DNA of 64,000 nt from Clostridia bacterium (GTDB lineage: Bacteria; Bacillota; Clostridia; Christensenellales; CAG-917). A program made the position numbers and the translations under genes. Positions 36,637-48,000 of this stretch are shown in pieces; position 1 is the stretch's first letter, and each line of letters opens with the position of its first letter. The stretch is from assembly GCA_017553325.1 (NCBI GenBank), contig JAFZMH010000008.1:180964-244963 (forward strand). Direction: 5' to 3'. The notes beneath the pieces are model-generated. The model made no database searches. It was not told the DNA's origin and was given only the letters and a program-made list of their open reading frames with translations.

Positions 36637-36662
36637 AACACCGAGCAATGCTCGGTGTTTTA
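36637..36662. terminator. Bidirectional terminator
   Basis: AAAACACCGAGC-aat-GCTCGGTGTTTT. Confidence 0.88.
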
Positions 36663-36687
36663 ATTTTTGTTTTAAATAACCGGTCAA

Positions 36688-36915
36688 TTAATCCCAGTTA
36701 GTTAAAAATTTGCCTTCTTTGTCTGTGAAGGATCCGCAGAGGATCATGATGAAATCAACGAGTGCTCCGATTCCAAAGAGTCCGCCTGTGAAGAGGTAGA
36801 GGATGCCCGTGCCGACCTTACCGACAAAGAAACGATGGATACCGAGTCCGCCGAGGAAGAAGCAGAGCAAGCATGCTGCAAGTCTTGATTTTGGTGAAGA
36901 TGATTTTTCTGTCAT
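36688..36915 (-). CDS. TM2 domain-containing small membrane protein
   Basis: [41 protein letters not shown] matches the TM2 pattern. Confidence 0.85.
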   Translation of the reverse strand: MTEKSSSPKSRLAACLLCFFLGGLGIHRFFVGKVGTGILYLFTGGLFGIGALVDFIMILCGSFTDKEGKFLTNWD

Positions 36916-36940
36916 TGTTGTTTTCTCCTATATACAATTT

Positions 36941-37405
36941 TTATTGTTCGTCTTTCAGGTCATCGTACTTTTGCACGAGGGTGCCCGCTTCGGCAAAGAG
37001 TTGCATGGAGAACTCGTCCGGATACGGATATTTGTAGATGACACGCTTTATCCCGCTGTTGATGATGAGACGGGTGCAGATGGTGCAAGGTTGATGCGTG
37101 CAATAGAGCGTTGCTCCTTCGAGCGTGATGCCGAGTTTTGCCGCTTGGCATATAGCGTTTTGTTCCGCGTGCACGGCGTAGCATTTTTCCGCCTGCGTTC
37201 CGCTGGCGATACCGAGGCGATCACGCATACAGTAGCCCTTGTCGCGGCAGGGCATAACCCCCGCCGGCGCTCCGTTGTAGCCCGTAGTCAAGATGCGTTT
37301 GTCGCGCACGATGACCGCGCCGATTGCGCGTCCCGCTCTTGCGCAGCTCGTCCACGTTGAAACGAACTCCGCCATATTCATAAATCTTTCATCCCATTTG
37401 TTCAT
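36941..37405 (-). CDS. dCMP deaminase (ComEB-like cytidine/deoxycytidylate deaminase)
   Basis: Zinc motifs HAEQNAI and PCTICTRLI are present. The size (154 aa) is typical. Confidence 0.9.
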   Translation of the reverse strand: MNKWDERFMNMAEFVSTWTSCARAGRAIGAVIVRDKRILTTGYNGAPAGVMPCRDKGYCMRDRLGIASGTQAEKCYAVHAEQNAICQAAKLGITLEGATLYCTHQPCTICTRLIINSGIKRVIYKYPYPDEFSMQLFAEAGTLVQKYDDLKDEQ

Positions 37406-37516
37406 AATTCACCTGTAGTTTGGGTTGATAAACTGATTTTAACATATAAATAAACAATATTCAACACCGACGGCGAAATTTTGTGTCAAAAAATTCAAAA
37501 TATTTGGCATAATATA

Positions 37517-37574
37517 TTGACATTTCGAGGGGTATGGGTATATATTATTAGCAGTCAAGCACCGAGAGTGCTAA
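37517..37574 (+). promoter_or_regulatory. groESL promoter (TTGACA-18-TATATT) with CIRCE operator (37548-37574)
   Basis: TTAGCAGTC-aagcaccga-GAGTGCTAA starts 2 nt after the -10 box. Confidence 0.88.
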
Positions 37575-37607
37575 AATTCTTTGAAAAATCATTACGGAGG
37601 CATAGAT

Positions 37608-39520
<1,913 letters not shown>

Positions 39521-39553
39521 GTTTTGGCCTACTTAATATGTTTAAGAGATAAT

Positions 39554-39588
39554 AAAACACCGACGCTTAGAAGCGTCGGTGTTATTTT
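39554..39588. terminator. Bidirectional terminator (groEL / mgtE)
   Basis: AAAACACCGACGCTT-ag-AAGCGTCGGTGTT-ATTTT. Confidence 0.88.
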
Positions 39589-39599
39589 AATTTTATAAC

Positions 39600-40964
39600 T
39601 CAACTTAATATCGCGATAGAAATAGTGCAATAAATAATAAGCGACAGGGCGTCGACTATGGTCGTGATGAAGGGGCTTGCGACGACGGCAGGGTCGAGTT
39701 TTATCTTCTTTGCAAAGAGGGGGAGAATTGCGCCGACGAACTTTGCAAGTACGATAGTGATGAAGAGCGCAAGCGATACGACAGCGGACGTGATGACGTC
39801 GTAGCCCTCGAAGCGGAAGAGCAATCTGTCGATGAGTTGGAGTTTGGCAAAGCAAGCGATTGCAAGCACAAGTCCCAACAAAATGGACACTCGTAGTTCT
39901 TTCCACAGCACTTTAAACACATCGCGTGGCACCAAATCGCCGATTGCGAGCGAACGAATTACGGTGACGGACGCCTGCGAACCAGCGTTTCCGCCCGTGT
40001 CCATGAGCATAGGCACGCAGGCAAAGAGCACTGTGGAGATTGCGGCAAGTTTTGACTCGTACGTGTTGATGATAAGTCCCGTAAAGGTTGCCGACACCAT
40101 GAGCACGAGAAGCCACGGCACGCGGTTGAGCCATATTTGCCAAACGCTTTGTTCGAGATAGGGCTTGTCCGACGGACGGATAGCCGCCATCTTCGCGATA
40201 TCTTCGGTTGCCTCTTCTTCGATGACGTCGATAGCGTCGTCGATGGTGATGATACCGACGATGCGGTTTTCTTGGTCGACGATTGGCACGGCGGTCAAGT
40301 CGTACTTGGAGAGCAGGGAGGCGACGTATTCTTGGTCGGCATAGGTGTCGGCGGAGATGACGTCCGTCTCCATTATGTTTTCAATCACCGTGTCGTAGTT
40401 GTTGAGGAGCAAGGTTTTGACGGATACGACGCCGATAAGTTTGCGCGTTTCGTCCGTCACGTAGCAGTTGTAAATCGTCTCCTTGTCAAGCGCCTGTTTT
40501 CTGATACAGTCAAAGCACTGTCTCACCGTCCATTGTTTTTTGAGGCTGATATACTCGACGGTCATGACGCTGCCCGCGCTGTCCTTCGGGTATTTGAGAA
40601 TTTGGTTTATGAGTTTTCTAGTCTCAGAGTCCGATTGGTTGATGATACGTTTGACGACGGTTGCGGGCATCTCTTCGATGATGTCGACGGTATCGTCCAA
40701 AAACATCTCGTCAAAGACCGATTTAAGTTCCGCATCGGAGAAGGCGTTGATGAGATACTCCTGCGTGTCGCTGCTCGCTTCGACAAACGCTTCCGCCGCG
40801 TTTTCCTTTGTGAGCAGACGGAAAAGTATGAGAGCTTCTCTCTCGTCGTTGCCCGCGACTTCGTCGAGCAAAAGAGCGATATCCTGCGGGTGCATATCGT
40901 TGAGTTGCGTCTTCAAAGCGACGTAGTTTTTTTCTTCAATCAAGGTTTCGAATTGTTCAAGCAT
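39600..40964 (-). CDS. mgtE: Magnesium transporter MgtE
   Basis: An N-domain (LNDMHPQDIALLLDE), two CBS domains and a TM domain (PMLMDTGGNAGSQ) are present. The start was trimmed to ATG 40964 (AAGGAGGTG). The track ORF extension covers the M-box. Confidence 0.93.
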   Translation of the reverse strand: MLEQFETLIEEKNYVALKTQLNDMHPQDIALLLDEVAGNDEREALILFRLLTKENAAEAFVEASSDTQEYLINAFSDAELKSVFDEMFLDDTVDIIEEMPATVVKRIINQSDSETRKLINQILKYPKDSAGSVMTVEYISLKKQWTVRQCFDCIRKQALDKETIYNCYVTDETRKLIGVVSVKTLLLNNYDTVIENIMETDVISADTYADQEYVASLLSKYDLTAVPIVDQENRIVGIITIDDAIDVIEEEATEDIAKMAAIRPSDKPYLEQSVWQIWLNRVPWLLVLMVSATFTGLIINTYESKLAAISTVLFACVPMLMDTGGNAGSQASVTVIRSLAIGDLVPRDVFKVLWKELRVSILLGLVLAIACFAKLQLIDRLLFRFEGYDVITSAVVSLALFITIVLAKFVGAILPLFAKKIKLDPAVVASPFITTIVDALSLIIYCTISIAILS

Positions 40965-40995
40965 ATCGCACCTCCTTTCGCGGCAGGGGAGATAC

Positions 40996-41196
40996 AAAAA
41001 AACCGCGCTTGCAATAGCACGGAAACAATACACGAAAAATGCAAATCCTACCATTACAAGCTTTAGCATCATCGGGCGATGAAATTGCGTTAGACGACGC
41101 CTTGGTTTCGACGTCACCTGCTAACCGCGCGGTAATGTGTCTCCACATTATTGTCGGTAGCAATCCGTATCCCGATGGTAGCCTCACCTACCGGAG
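40996..41196 (-). promoter_or_regulatory. M-box (ykoK leader) Mg2+ riboswitch with terminator
   Basis: The minus strand reads GGUAGGUGAGGCUACC..GGGAUACGG..UGCUACCGA..GGAGACA..GGUUAGCAGGUGA..GCUAAAGCU..GGUAGG, followed by the hairpin CCGUGC-N8-GCGCGG-UUUUUUU (40996-41022). Confidence 0.85.
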
Positions 41197-41341
41197 ATTT
41201 AAACTACTGTTATCTTATGCCAATTTTTTTTTCGTGTCAACGATTTGAAGACATTTGTTTGATATTTTTTCAAAAAGTTTTTTTGCCGTTTATTATAAAT
41301 AATAAAGTTATGCTTTACAAGTTTTGCGCATACAATTTGTT

Positions 41342-42106
41342 ATGCGCAGACAAATGGAGTCGAGGTACGGACGCGACGGCAGACAAAATCTCTTCGTCGT
41401 AGGCGTGATAGTTTTGTGTTTCATCGTCACGCTCGGGTTGTCGTTTATCTTTTCCGGCAAAGGTTTTTTGAGCCTTGCCGGCGTCTTCGGCAAGGAAAAA
41501 ACGAGGACAATCTATGCGGTTGCCGTGGGCGGCTACGATGATATGACGCTCGCCCGTGGCAGTGCCGAACTCATAAGAAACAGGGGCGGCGCAGGGTATA
41601 TTCGACAAAATGCGGATGACGACAACAACAAAATCGAAATAATATTTGCGGTCTACAAGGACGCGAATTCCGCGGAGAAAGTGCTGTCGTCCCTTGAGGA
41701 CAGGTCGGCGTACGTTCAAGAAATCTCCATAAAAGAGAGCAATCTCGACTGGTGCGAGGGGGACTTGAAAGTAGCCTGTCAAAACGCGATGACCTACTTT
41801 GATATTGCGTTTGATGAGATGTACGACGTGAGCAATTCGCTCAATGACAACGCAATCTCCGTAGGGGACGCAAAGACCAAAATCAGGGTTTTATACAGTC
41901 ATATTGAAGATATAAAGTCCGTTTTTTATCAAAAAGTACAAAATCAAGACAAGCCTCAAATCACCGAAATCAAGCTTGCTATCATCACTGCGCTCGCGCT
42001 TTTGGACAACGTCGAATACGGCTCGTCCGCCAAGTGCGCGTCGTCCGTTCGCTATCAAATTGTGCAACTCGTATACTGCTACAAAAGTTTGTGTGCCAAC
42101 GTTTGA
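41342..42106 (+). CDS. Membrane-anchored protein with SPOR-like domain
   Basis: An N-terminal TM helix reads LFVVGVIVLCFIVTLGLSFIF. It is followed by YAVAVGGYDDMTLARGSAELIRNRGGAGYI...IIFAVYKDANSAEKVL, a SPOR-like beta-alpha-beta pattern. The start is uncertain (41324, 41342 or 41354). Confidence 0.65.
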   Translation: MRRQMESRYGRDGRQNLFVVGVIVLCFIVTLGLSFIFSGKGFLSLAGVFGKEKTRTIYAVAVGGYDDMTLARGSAELIRNRGGAGYIRQNADDDNNKIEIIFAVYKDANSAEKVLSSLEDRSAYVQEISIKESNLDWCEGDLKVACQNAMTYFDIAFDEMYDVSNSLNDNAISVGDAKTKIRVLYSHIEDIKSVFYQKVQNQDKPQITEIKLAIITALALLDNVEYGSSAKCASSVRYQIVQLVYCYKSLCANV

Positions 42107-42161
42107 GTATGCCGTAAAATTTTTCTTGCTATTATAACTGAATTAGTTTATAATATCAAAT

Positions 42162-43655
42162 ATGGCATACACATCTTTATACCGCAAGTATCGTCCGGAC
42201 ACCTTTGACAAAGTCATCGGTCAGGACCATATCGTGCGGACTCTCAAAAATCAAATAGAGACCAACTCCATCGGGCACGCCTACATTTTTACGGGCACGA
42301 GAGGGACGGGCAAGACGTCCGTCGCCAAGATATTCGCTCGCGCCGTCAACTGTTTGCACCCCGAAAACGGCTCGCCCTGCGGAAAGTGCGAAAACTGCGT
42401 CGAACTTGCAAAGAGCGGCAATTTTGACATTCTCGAAATCGACGCGGCGTCCAACAACTCCGTCGACCAAATTCGCGAACTCACGGAGAAAATCAATTTT
42501 CCGCCCACGATAGGCAGATACAAAGTTTACATCATCGACGAAGTTCACATGCTCTCGAAGGCGGCGTTCAACGCGCTCCTCAAAACTTTGGAAGAGCCGC
42601 CCGAACATGCGATTTTCATCCTTGCGACGACTGAGATTCATCAGATTTTGCCGACTATTCTTTCGAGATGTCTGCGTTTCGACTTCAAGTTGGTGCCCAA
42701 CTCCGTTATTGCGGAGCGTATCCGTTTCATCTTTGACGACATCGGGTGCAAGTATGAGCCCGAGGCGGTTGAGCTTATCGCGTCTTCCGGCAACGGCAGC
42801 GTGAGAGACGCGCTCTCGGTTGCCGATATGTGCGTGAGCTACTGCGAAAACAACGTCACGTACGGCGGCGTTTTGGAAGTGCTCGGCGCGTCCGACCCTC
42901 AAAAACTGACCTCGCTCTGCACGGCGATTGCAGACGGGGATATAGACAAGACGTTGCAGGAAGTTGCAAATCTTTGCGACCTCGGCAAGAGCGTGAACAT
43001 TCTTGCAATCGACATAGCGACGACTTTTAGAAACGTGCTCTACATCAAAAACTGTTCGCAGGCAAAGAGACTTCTCGCGCTTCCAGAAGGCATATATGCA
43101 TCTCTCAAGGGGATGGCGGACAAGTATTCCACGGAGAAGTGCCTGTCAATTATGAAGATTATGTCAGGGCTTGAAGGGGAACTCAGATATTCCTCTCAAC
43201 ACAGGATAATCTTCGAGGCGGCGGTGACGCTTGCGTGCCTCGGCGGAGACAGCGACACAAAGTCCGAAGAACTTGCTCTCAAGGTGGCAAGGCTTGAAAA
43301 GGTCGTAGCCACGATGAAGAAATCGGGTTTTGAGCCCGCACCTGCAGCCCCGGATGCACGGCAGGTGTGGAAGCAGGTTGCATCCGGTCTCGAAAAGAGC
43401 AATATGAAATTTTTGGCTTTCGCGGCGCTTGAAGCGGAAGTTGAAATGACGGAAACCGAATTTATAGTAAAAATTGCTTCGCCCGCGACGCTCGGGCTTT
43501 TCCTTGACAAGAACAATCGCGACGTCATCAACAAGATTTTCCAACCCTTGTCAAACGGTAGGAAGCTCGTGTTCAAGGACTTCGTGCATCTCGATGAGGA
43601 CAAGGCTCTGCCGTACGTCAAAGAGATGTTCGGTCAGTGGGTAGAAATCAAATAA
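42162..43655 (+). CDS. dnaX: DNA polymerase III subunit gamma/tau
   Basis: Contains HAYIFTGTRGTGKTS, a Zn module C..C..C..C (CLHPENGSPCGKCENC), IIDEVHMLS and the SRC motif. Confidence 0.95.
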   Translation: MAYTSLYRKYRPDTFDKVIGQDHIVRTLKNQIETNSIGHAYIFTGTRGTGKTSVAKIFARAVNCLHPENGSPCGKCENCVELAKSGNFDILEIDAASNNSVDQIRELTEKINFPPTIGRYKVYIIDEVHMLSKAAFNALLKTLEEPPEHAIFILATTEIHQILPTILSRCLRFDFKLVPNSVIAERIRFIFDDIGCKYEPEAVELIASSGNGSVRDALSVADMCVSYCENNVTYGGVLEVLGASDPQKLTSLCTAIADGDIDKTLQEVANLCDLGKSVNILAIDIATTFRNVLYIKNCSQAKRLLALPEGIYASLKGMADKYSTEKCLSIMKIMSGLEGELRYSSQHRIIFEAAVTLACLGGDSDTKSEELALKVARLEKVVATMKKSGFEPAPAAPDARQVWKQVASGLEKSNMKFLAFAALEAEVEMTETEFIVKIASPATLGLFLDKNNRDVINKIFQPLSNGRKLVFKDFVHLDEDKALPYVKEMFGQWVEIK

Positions 43656-43677
43656 TAAATTATATAGGAGACAACAA

Positions 43678-44001
43678 ATGGGATACGGCGGATTTGGCGG
43701 CGGCAATATGCAGCAACTGATGAAACAAGCACAGGCAATGCAACGCAAACTTCAAGAGGCACAGCAGGAAATTGCCGAAACGGAACTCGTGGGTAGCGCG
43801 GCAGGCGGTATGGTGGAGTTTACGATGATGGGGGACAAGACTCCCGTCTCGATAAGCATCAAACCCGAAGCGGTTGACCCGGACGACGTTGAAATGCTTG
43901 AAGATATGATCCTTGCGGCAATCAACGACGCAAACGCTCAAGCGGACAAACTTCAAAAAGATTTGATGGGGCCGCTCGGCGGAGGCATGGGACTTCTATA
44001 A
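43678..44001 (+). CDS. ybaB: Nucleoid-associated protein YbaB/EbfC
   Basis: NMQQLMKQAQAMQRKLQEAQQEIAETELVGSAAGGMV. It follows the conserved dnaX-ybaB-recR order. Confidence 0.93.
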   Translation: MGYGGFGGGNMQQLMKQAQAMQRKLQEAQQEIAETELVGSAAGGMVEFTMMGDKTPVSISIKPEAVDPDDVEMLEDMILAAINDANAQADKLQKDLMGPLGGGMGLL

Positions 44002-44585
44002 TGAAATATATTGAACCACTTGCCCGCCTGATTGGGCAACTCACCAAACTTCCGTCCGTCGGCGAAAAGACGGCGGCAAGATATGCCTATGCGATTCTCA
44101 ATGCACCCGACGAGGATGCGGAAGAACTCATAGCGGCAATCAAGGACGTCAAAGAGAACGTCCACTTTTGCAGTGTGTGCGGCAACTACACGGAGGACGA
44201 CGTCTGCGAGATATGCAAGACGCGCGAGCAAAAAGTCATCTGCGTTGTCAAAGAGCCGCGAGACATCGTCGCGCTCGAAAAGGTCAAGGACTTCAAGGGC
44301 GTATATCACGTGCTCGGCGGAGTTATCTCTCCAATGGAACACGTCGGCCCCAACGACATTAGAATAAAGGAACTTCTTGCCCGTCTCGACGGAGTGGAGG
44401 AGGTCATCCTTGCCACCAACCCCGACGTGGAAGGCGAAGCAACCGCAATGTATATCGCTCGTCTCATCAAACCGCTCGGCATCAAAGTCACGCGTATTGC
44501 CCGCGGACTCCCCGAAGGCTCAGTCATTGAGTATGCCGACGAAAGCACATTATCAAGGGCTATGTCTTCACGAATCACACTGTAA
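44001..44585 (+). CDS. recR: Recombination protein RecR
   Basis: LPSVGEKTAARYA (HhH), a C4 zinc finger (CSVCGNYTEDDVCEIC) and a Toprim domain are present. It shows TAATG overlap with ybaB. Confidence 0.95.
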   Translation: MKYIEPLARLIGQLTKLPSVGEKTAARYAYAILNAPDEDAEELIAAIKDVKENVHFCSVCGNYTEDDVCEICKTREQKVICVVKEPRDIVALEKVKDFKGVYHVLGGVISPMEHVGPNDIRIKELLARLDGVEEVILATNPDVEGEATAMYIARLIKPLGIKVTRIARGLPEGSVIEYADESTLSRAMSSRITL

Positions 44586-44775
44586 AACCGCACTATTTGG
44601 CGAATAGCATTGTCAAAGCCCGTTTGCTCGGGGGTCTTGCGTTTCACGCATCGTCCACATCGTTGTTTACAGTCCTTGCAAGCAAGTTGTAAACGCCTCG
44701 TGGTCACGTACGCTCAAGTACGCTCCTCCGTCACAAACGGGCTTCTTCGCGCTCTTCATCCAAATATTGCGGTTT
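44585..44775 (+). repeat. Stop-codon-anchored palindromic element, copy D (long variant)
   Basis: AAACCGCACTATTTGG | CGAATAGCATTGTCAA | nested hairpins including CGTACgctcaaGTACG | CTTCGCGCTCTTCAT | CCAAATATTGCGGTTT. It is flanked by TA/TA. Complementarity continues outward (44573-82 versus 44778-87). Confidence 0.8.
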
Positions 44776-44798
44776 TACAGTGTGATTGAACAAACGCC

Positions 44799-44818
44799 CT
44801 TTCTTGCATCTCATCTCA
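44799..44818 (+). repeat. Isolated box2 fragment of the same repeat family
   Basis: CTTGCATCTCATCTCA (44803-18) is identical to 29133-48 in copy C. No partner box1 or outer repeat was found. Confidence 0.55.
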
Positions 44819-44877
44819 CTCACGCACTTATATCACTATGTGTTTTTTATTATTATTCTTATTTAAACTAATCAATA

Positions 44878-45010
44878 TTGACAATTTGGCGGTTTTGCCG
44901 TAAAATAAAAGTGCTACAAACTTTATATCACAAATTGACGCCTATTCACTTGGTAACAGGTGTGTTTTGCGTTTACATAGTCAGTTTGTGATGTTGTAAA
45001 GGTTTGTAGC
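44878..45010 (+). promoter_or_regulatory. Promoter (TTGACA-17-TAAAAT) and ~100-nt 5' leader hairpin of the LRR gene
   Basis: TTGACA lies at 44878-83 and TAAAAT at 44901-06. The arms 44913-39 (GCTACAAACTTTATATCACAAATTGAC) and 44980-45010 (GTCAGTTTGTGATGTTGTAAAGGTTTGTAGC) are largely complementary. Confidence 0.6.
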
Positions 45011-45080
45011 AGAATCAGCAAGATGCACTTGTTATATTTTTACGCTTTTTATGTGCGTTTTGCAAAAAGGAGAATAGAAG

Positions 45081-48000
45081 ATGAAAACAAAACGCACTAT
45101 TCTATTTGTCATCGTAATAATTTTGACGATTGCGCTTTTGACGTGTGTTCTCACAGCCTGCGATTTATTTAAGTCAAGAGACAACGAGAATAACAACAAT
45201 GACGGCACAGTTATAGGCAACACTGGGGGCGACCAAGGCGGTGACTCCAATATAAATCTTGATGACAACCAAGGTGGAGATAATCAGGGAGGCAACAGCC
45301 AAGGCGGAGGCTCCAATATTAATCCAGATGACAGCCAAGGAGGGGGTCAAGGCAATCAAAACCAAACCAACGTAAACGATGACGCTTTGAACAAATTTGT
45401 CGGTTTGGCTGTTCAGTCAATCCAATCTTCAGAAAGCAAATCTGACGAGATTAATATAGGAGACAATAGTTATGTCGTTTCAGTTCGCGTAGTTGACTCA
45501 GTGAGTGCTTCTGATTTTGATAGTCAATTATCTTCTACAGAAAGCGGTTATAACGGCGGAATATATGTAGGCGAAGATTGCGATATCAATTTGGAAGACG
45601 TTACACAAATGAATTTTGGCGACGTATTGTATGTCGCAATAAACGTTGGAGACCAAGTGTATGTTTGCGAAGTTGTTGTGTATGAAGAAGCAACCGTGGA
45701 TGAAAACCATGAACACTCTTACGGAGATTGGGTTGTTGTGAAAGAGCCAAGCTGCTTGGGACAAGGCACTCGCAGAAGGGTTTGCCCAATTTGCGGAGAA
45801 GTTGAAACTGAAAACATAAACGCACTCGGGCATGATTTGGATGAAAACAACGTTTGCAGACGTTGTGGAGAAGAAGAGATTAGAGTTGAAGGGCTCACGT
45901 TTGAACTGCTTGAAAACGATACATACTCAATAATAGCATATAGCGGAAGTGAAGCGGAACTTGTCTTGCCGGATTCATATCTTGGCAAACCAGTGACAAG
46001 CATAGGTGGTAGCGCATTCCGTGGTTGCGCGGGGGTGACATCCGTCACCATCACAGACAGTGTGACAAGTATAGGAAACGGTGCATTCAAAGGTTGTTCA
46101 TCACTTGTCAGCATAACAATCCCATTTGTTGGTGCAAAAGTAGGGAAAACAAGCAGTGACACCTATCAATATCCATTTGGTTATATCTTTGGCACAAGCA
46201 GTTATACGGGAGGAACAGCGGTATCACAAACATATTATGGTTCAAGTACATCAAGTACAACCAGCACAACATACTACATTCCATCATCACTCCGCAGTGT
46301 TACAGTGACAGGTGGCAACATATTGCGTGGTGCATTTTATGGTTGTTCAATGCTTAAGTCCGTCACCATCCCCGACGGTGTGACAAGCATAGGTAATTAT
46401 GCATTCAATAATTGCAGTGGTTTGACATCCATCACAATCCCCGACGGCGTGACAAGCATAGGTGATGATGCATTCCGAGATTGTACCGGCTTGACGTCCG
46501 TCACCATTCCGGACAGTGTGACAAGCATAGGCGAGTATGCATTCTATGGATGCACCGGTTTAACTTCCGTCACCATTGGCAACGGTGTGACAGGTATAGG
46601 CTATCAGGCATTCTCCGGGTGCACCAGTTTGACATCCATCACAATCCCGGACAGTGTGACAAGCATAAGCATGGGTGTATTCAATGGATGCACTGGTTTG
46701 ACGACAATCAATTATACAGGGGATATAATAGATTGGTGTGCAATGAGCCGCTCATCCAGTTTATTGTCATCTTCAAGAACATTGTATATAAATGGTGAGG
46801 CTTTGACAGGCGATTTGGTTATTCCAAGTGGTGTTGCAACAATACCTAAATATGCATTCTCTATTTGTACCGGATTGACATCCGTCACAATTCCCGACAG
46901 TGTGACAAGCATAGACGGTGAGGCATTCTATGGATGCACCGGTTTAACTTCCGTCACCATTGGCAACGGTGTGACAAGCATAGGCGGTTCTGCATTCAGT
47001 GGATGCACCGGTTTGACATCTGTCACTATCCCAGACAGCGTGATAGGTATAGGCTATCAGGCATTCTATGGATGCACAGGTTTGACATCCGTCATCATTG
47101 GTAATGGCGTGACAAGCATAGGTGCTGATGCATTCTCAGGTTGTACCGGTTTGACTTTCATAACTATTCCTAACAGTGTGACAAGTATAGGTGAGCGTGC
47201 ATTTTCTGGGTGCTCATCACTTGAAAGCATAACCATTCCATTTGTTGGTGGATCTGCAACAGCAACATCTGCAAGCGGTTCAACTTTGTTTGGCTATATA
47301 TTTGGCACAACCAGTTATACCGGTGGGACAGCAGTAACGCAACTCTATTACGATTCATATGCATTATTAGGCATAAACGAAACCTACTATATTCCGACCA
47401 CGCTTCGCAACGTGACGGTGACAGGTGGCAATATACTGTATGGAGCATTCTCTGGATGCACCGGTTTGACATCCATCACGATTCCCGATAGTGTGACAAG
47501 CATAGGAAATTATACATTTGATGGCTGCACCGGTTTGACATCCGTCACAATCCCAAACAGCGTGACAAGCATAGGCATGTATGCATTCAAAGGATGCAGA
47601 GGTTTGACGTCAGTCACCATTGGCAACGGCGTGACAAGCATAGGCTATTATGCATTCGATGGCTGCACCGGTTTGACATCTATCACTATTCCAAACAGCG
47701 TGACAATCATAGGCGATCGAGCATTCTATGGATGCAATAGTTTGACATCCGTCACCATTGGCGACAGCGTGACAAGTATAGGCTATGCTGCATTCTCCGG
47801 ATGCACCGGTTTGACATCCATAATAATTCCAAACAGTGTGACAAGCATAGGTGGGTATGCATTTGCTGGATGCAGCAGTTTGACGTCTATCACTATTGGC
47901 AATGGTGTGACAAGTATAGGCTATGATGCATTCTCTGGATGCACCGGTTTGACATCCGTCACGTTTGAAGAAAACAGCCAATTGATAAGCATAGGCGATC

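Noticed and set aside
36941-37405. dCMP deaminase as an anti-phage nucleotide-depletion effector (AvcD-like).
   Set aside because: It is a 154-aa single-domain ComEB-type enzyme with no NTPase domain. It has native-looking composition and no associated small RNA or islet features.
39600-41117. N-terminal 51-aa extension of the mgtE ORF.
   Set aside because: The extension covers the M-box expression platform and terminator. ATG 40964 has a strong AAGGAGGTG SD, and the protein then begins like other MgtE proteins.
42107-42161. Expected SRP (4.5S/scRNA) gene upstream of dnaX, as in Bacillus.
   Set aside because: The gap is only 55 nt. I found no GGAAGCAG-type domain IV motif there or in the mgtE-dnaX interval.
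44913-45010. Invertible promoter (phase-variation switch) upstream of the LRR gene.
   Set aside because: The inverted arms enclose only ~40 bp. The promoter lies outside them. No invertase gene is nearby. An RNA hairpin is the simpler reading.
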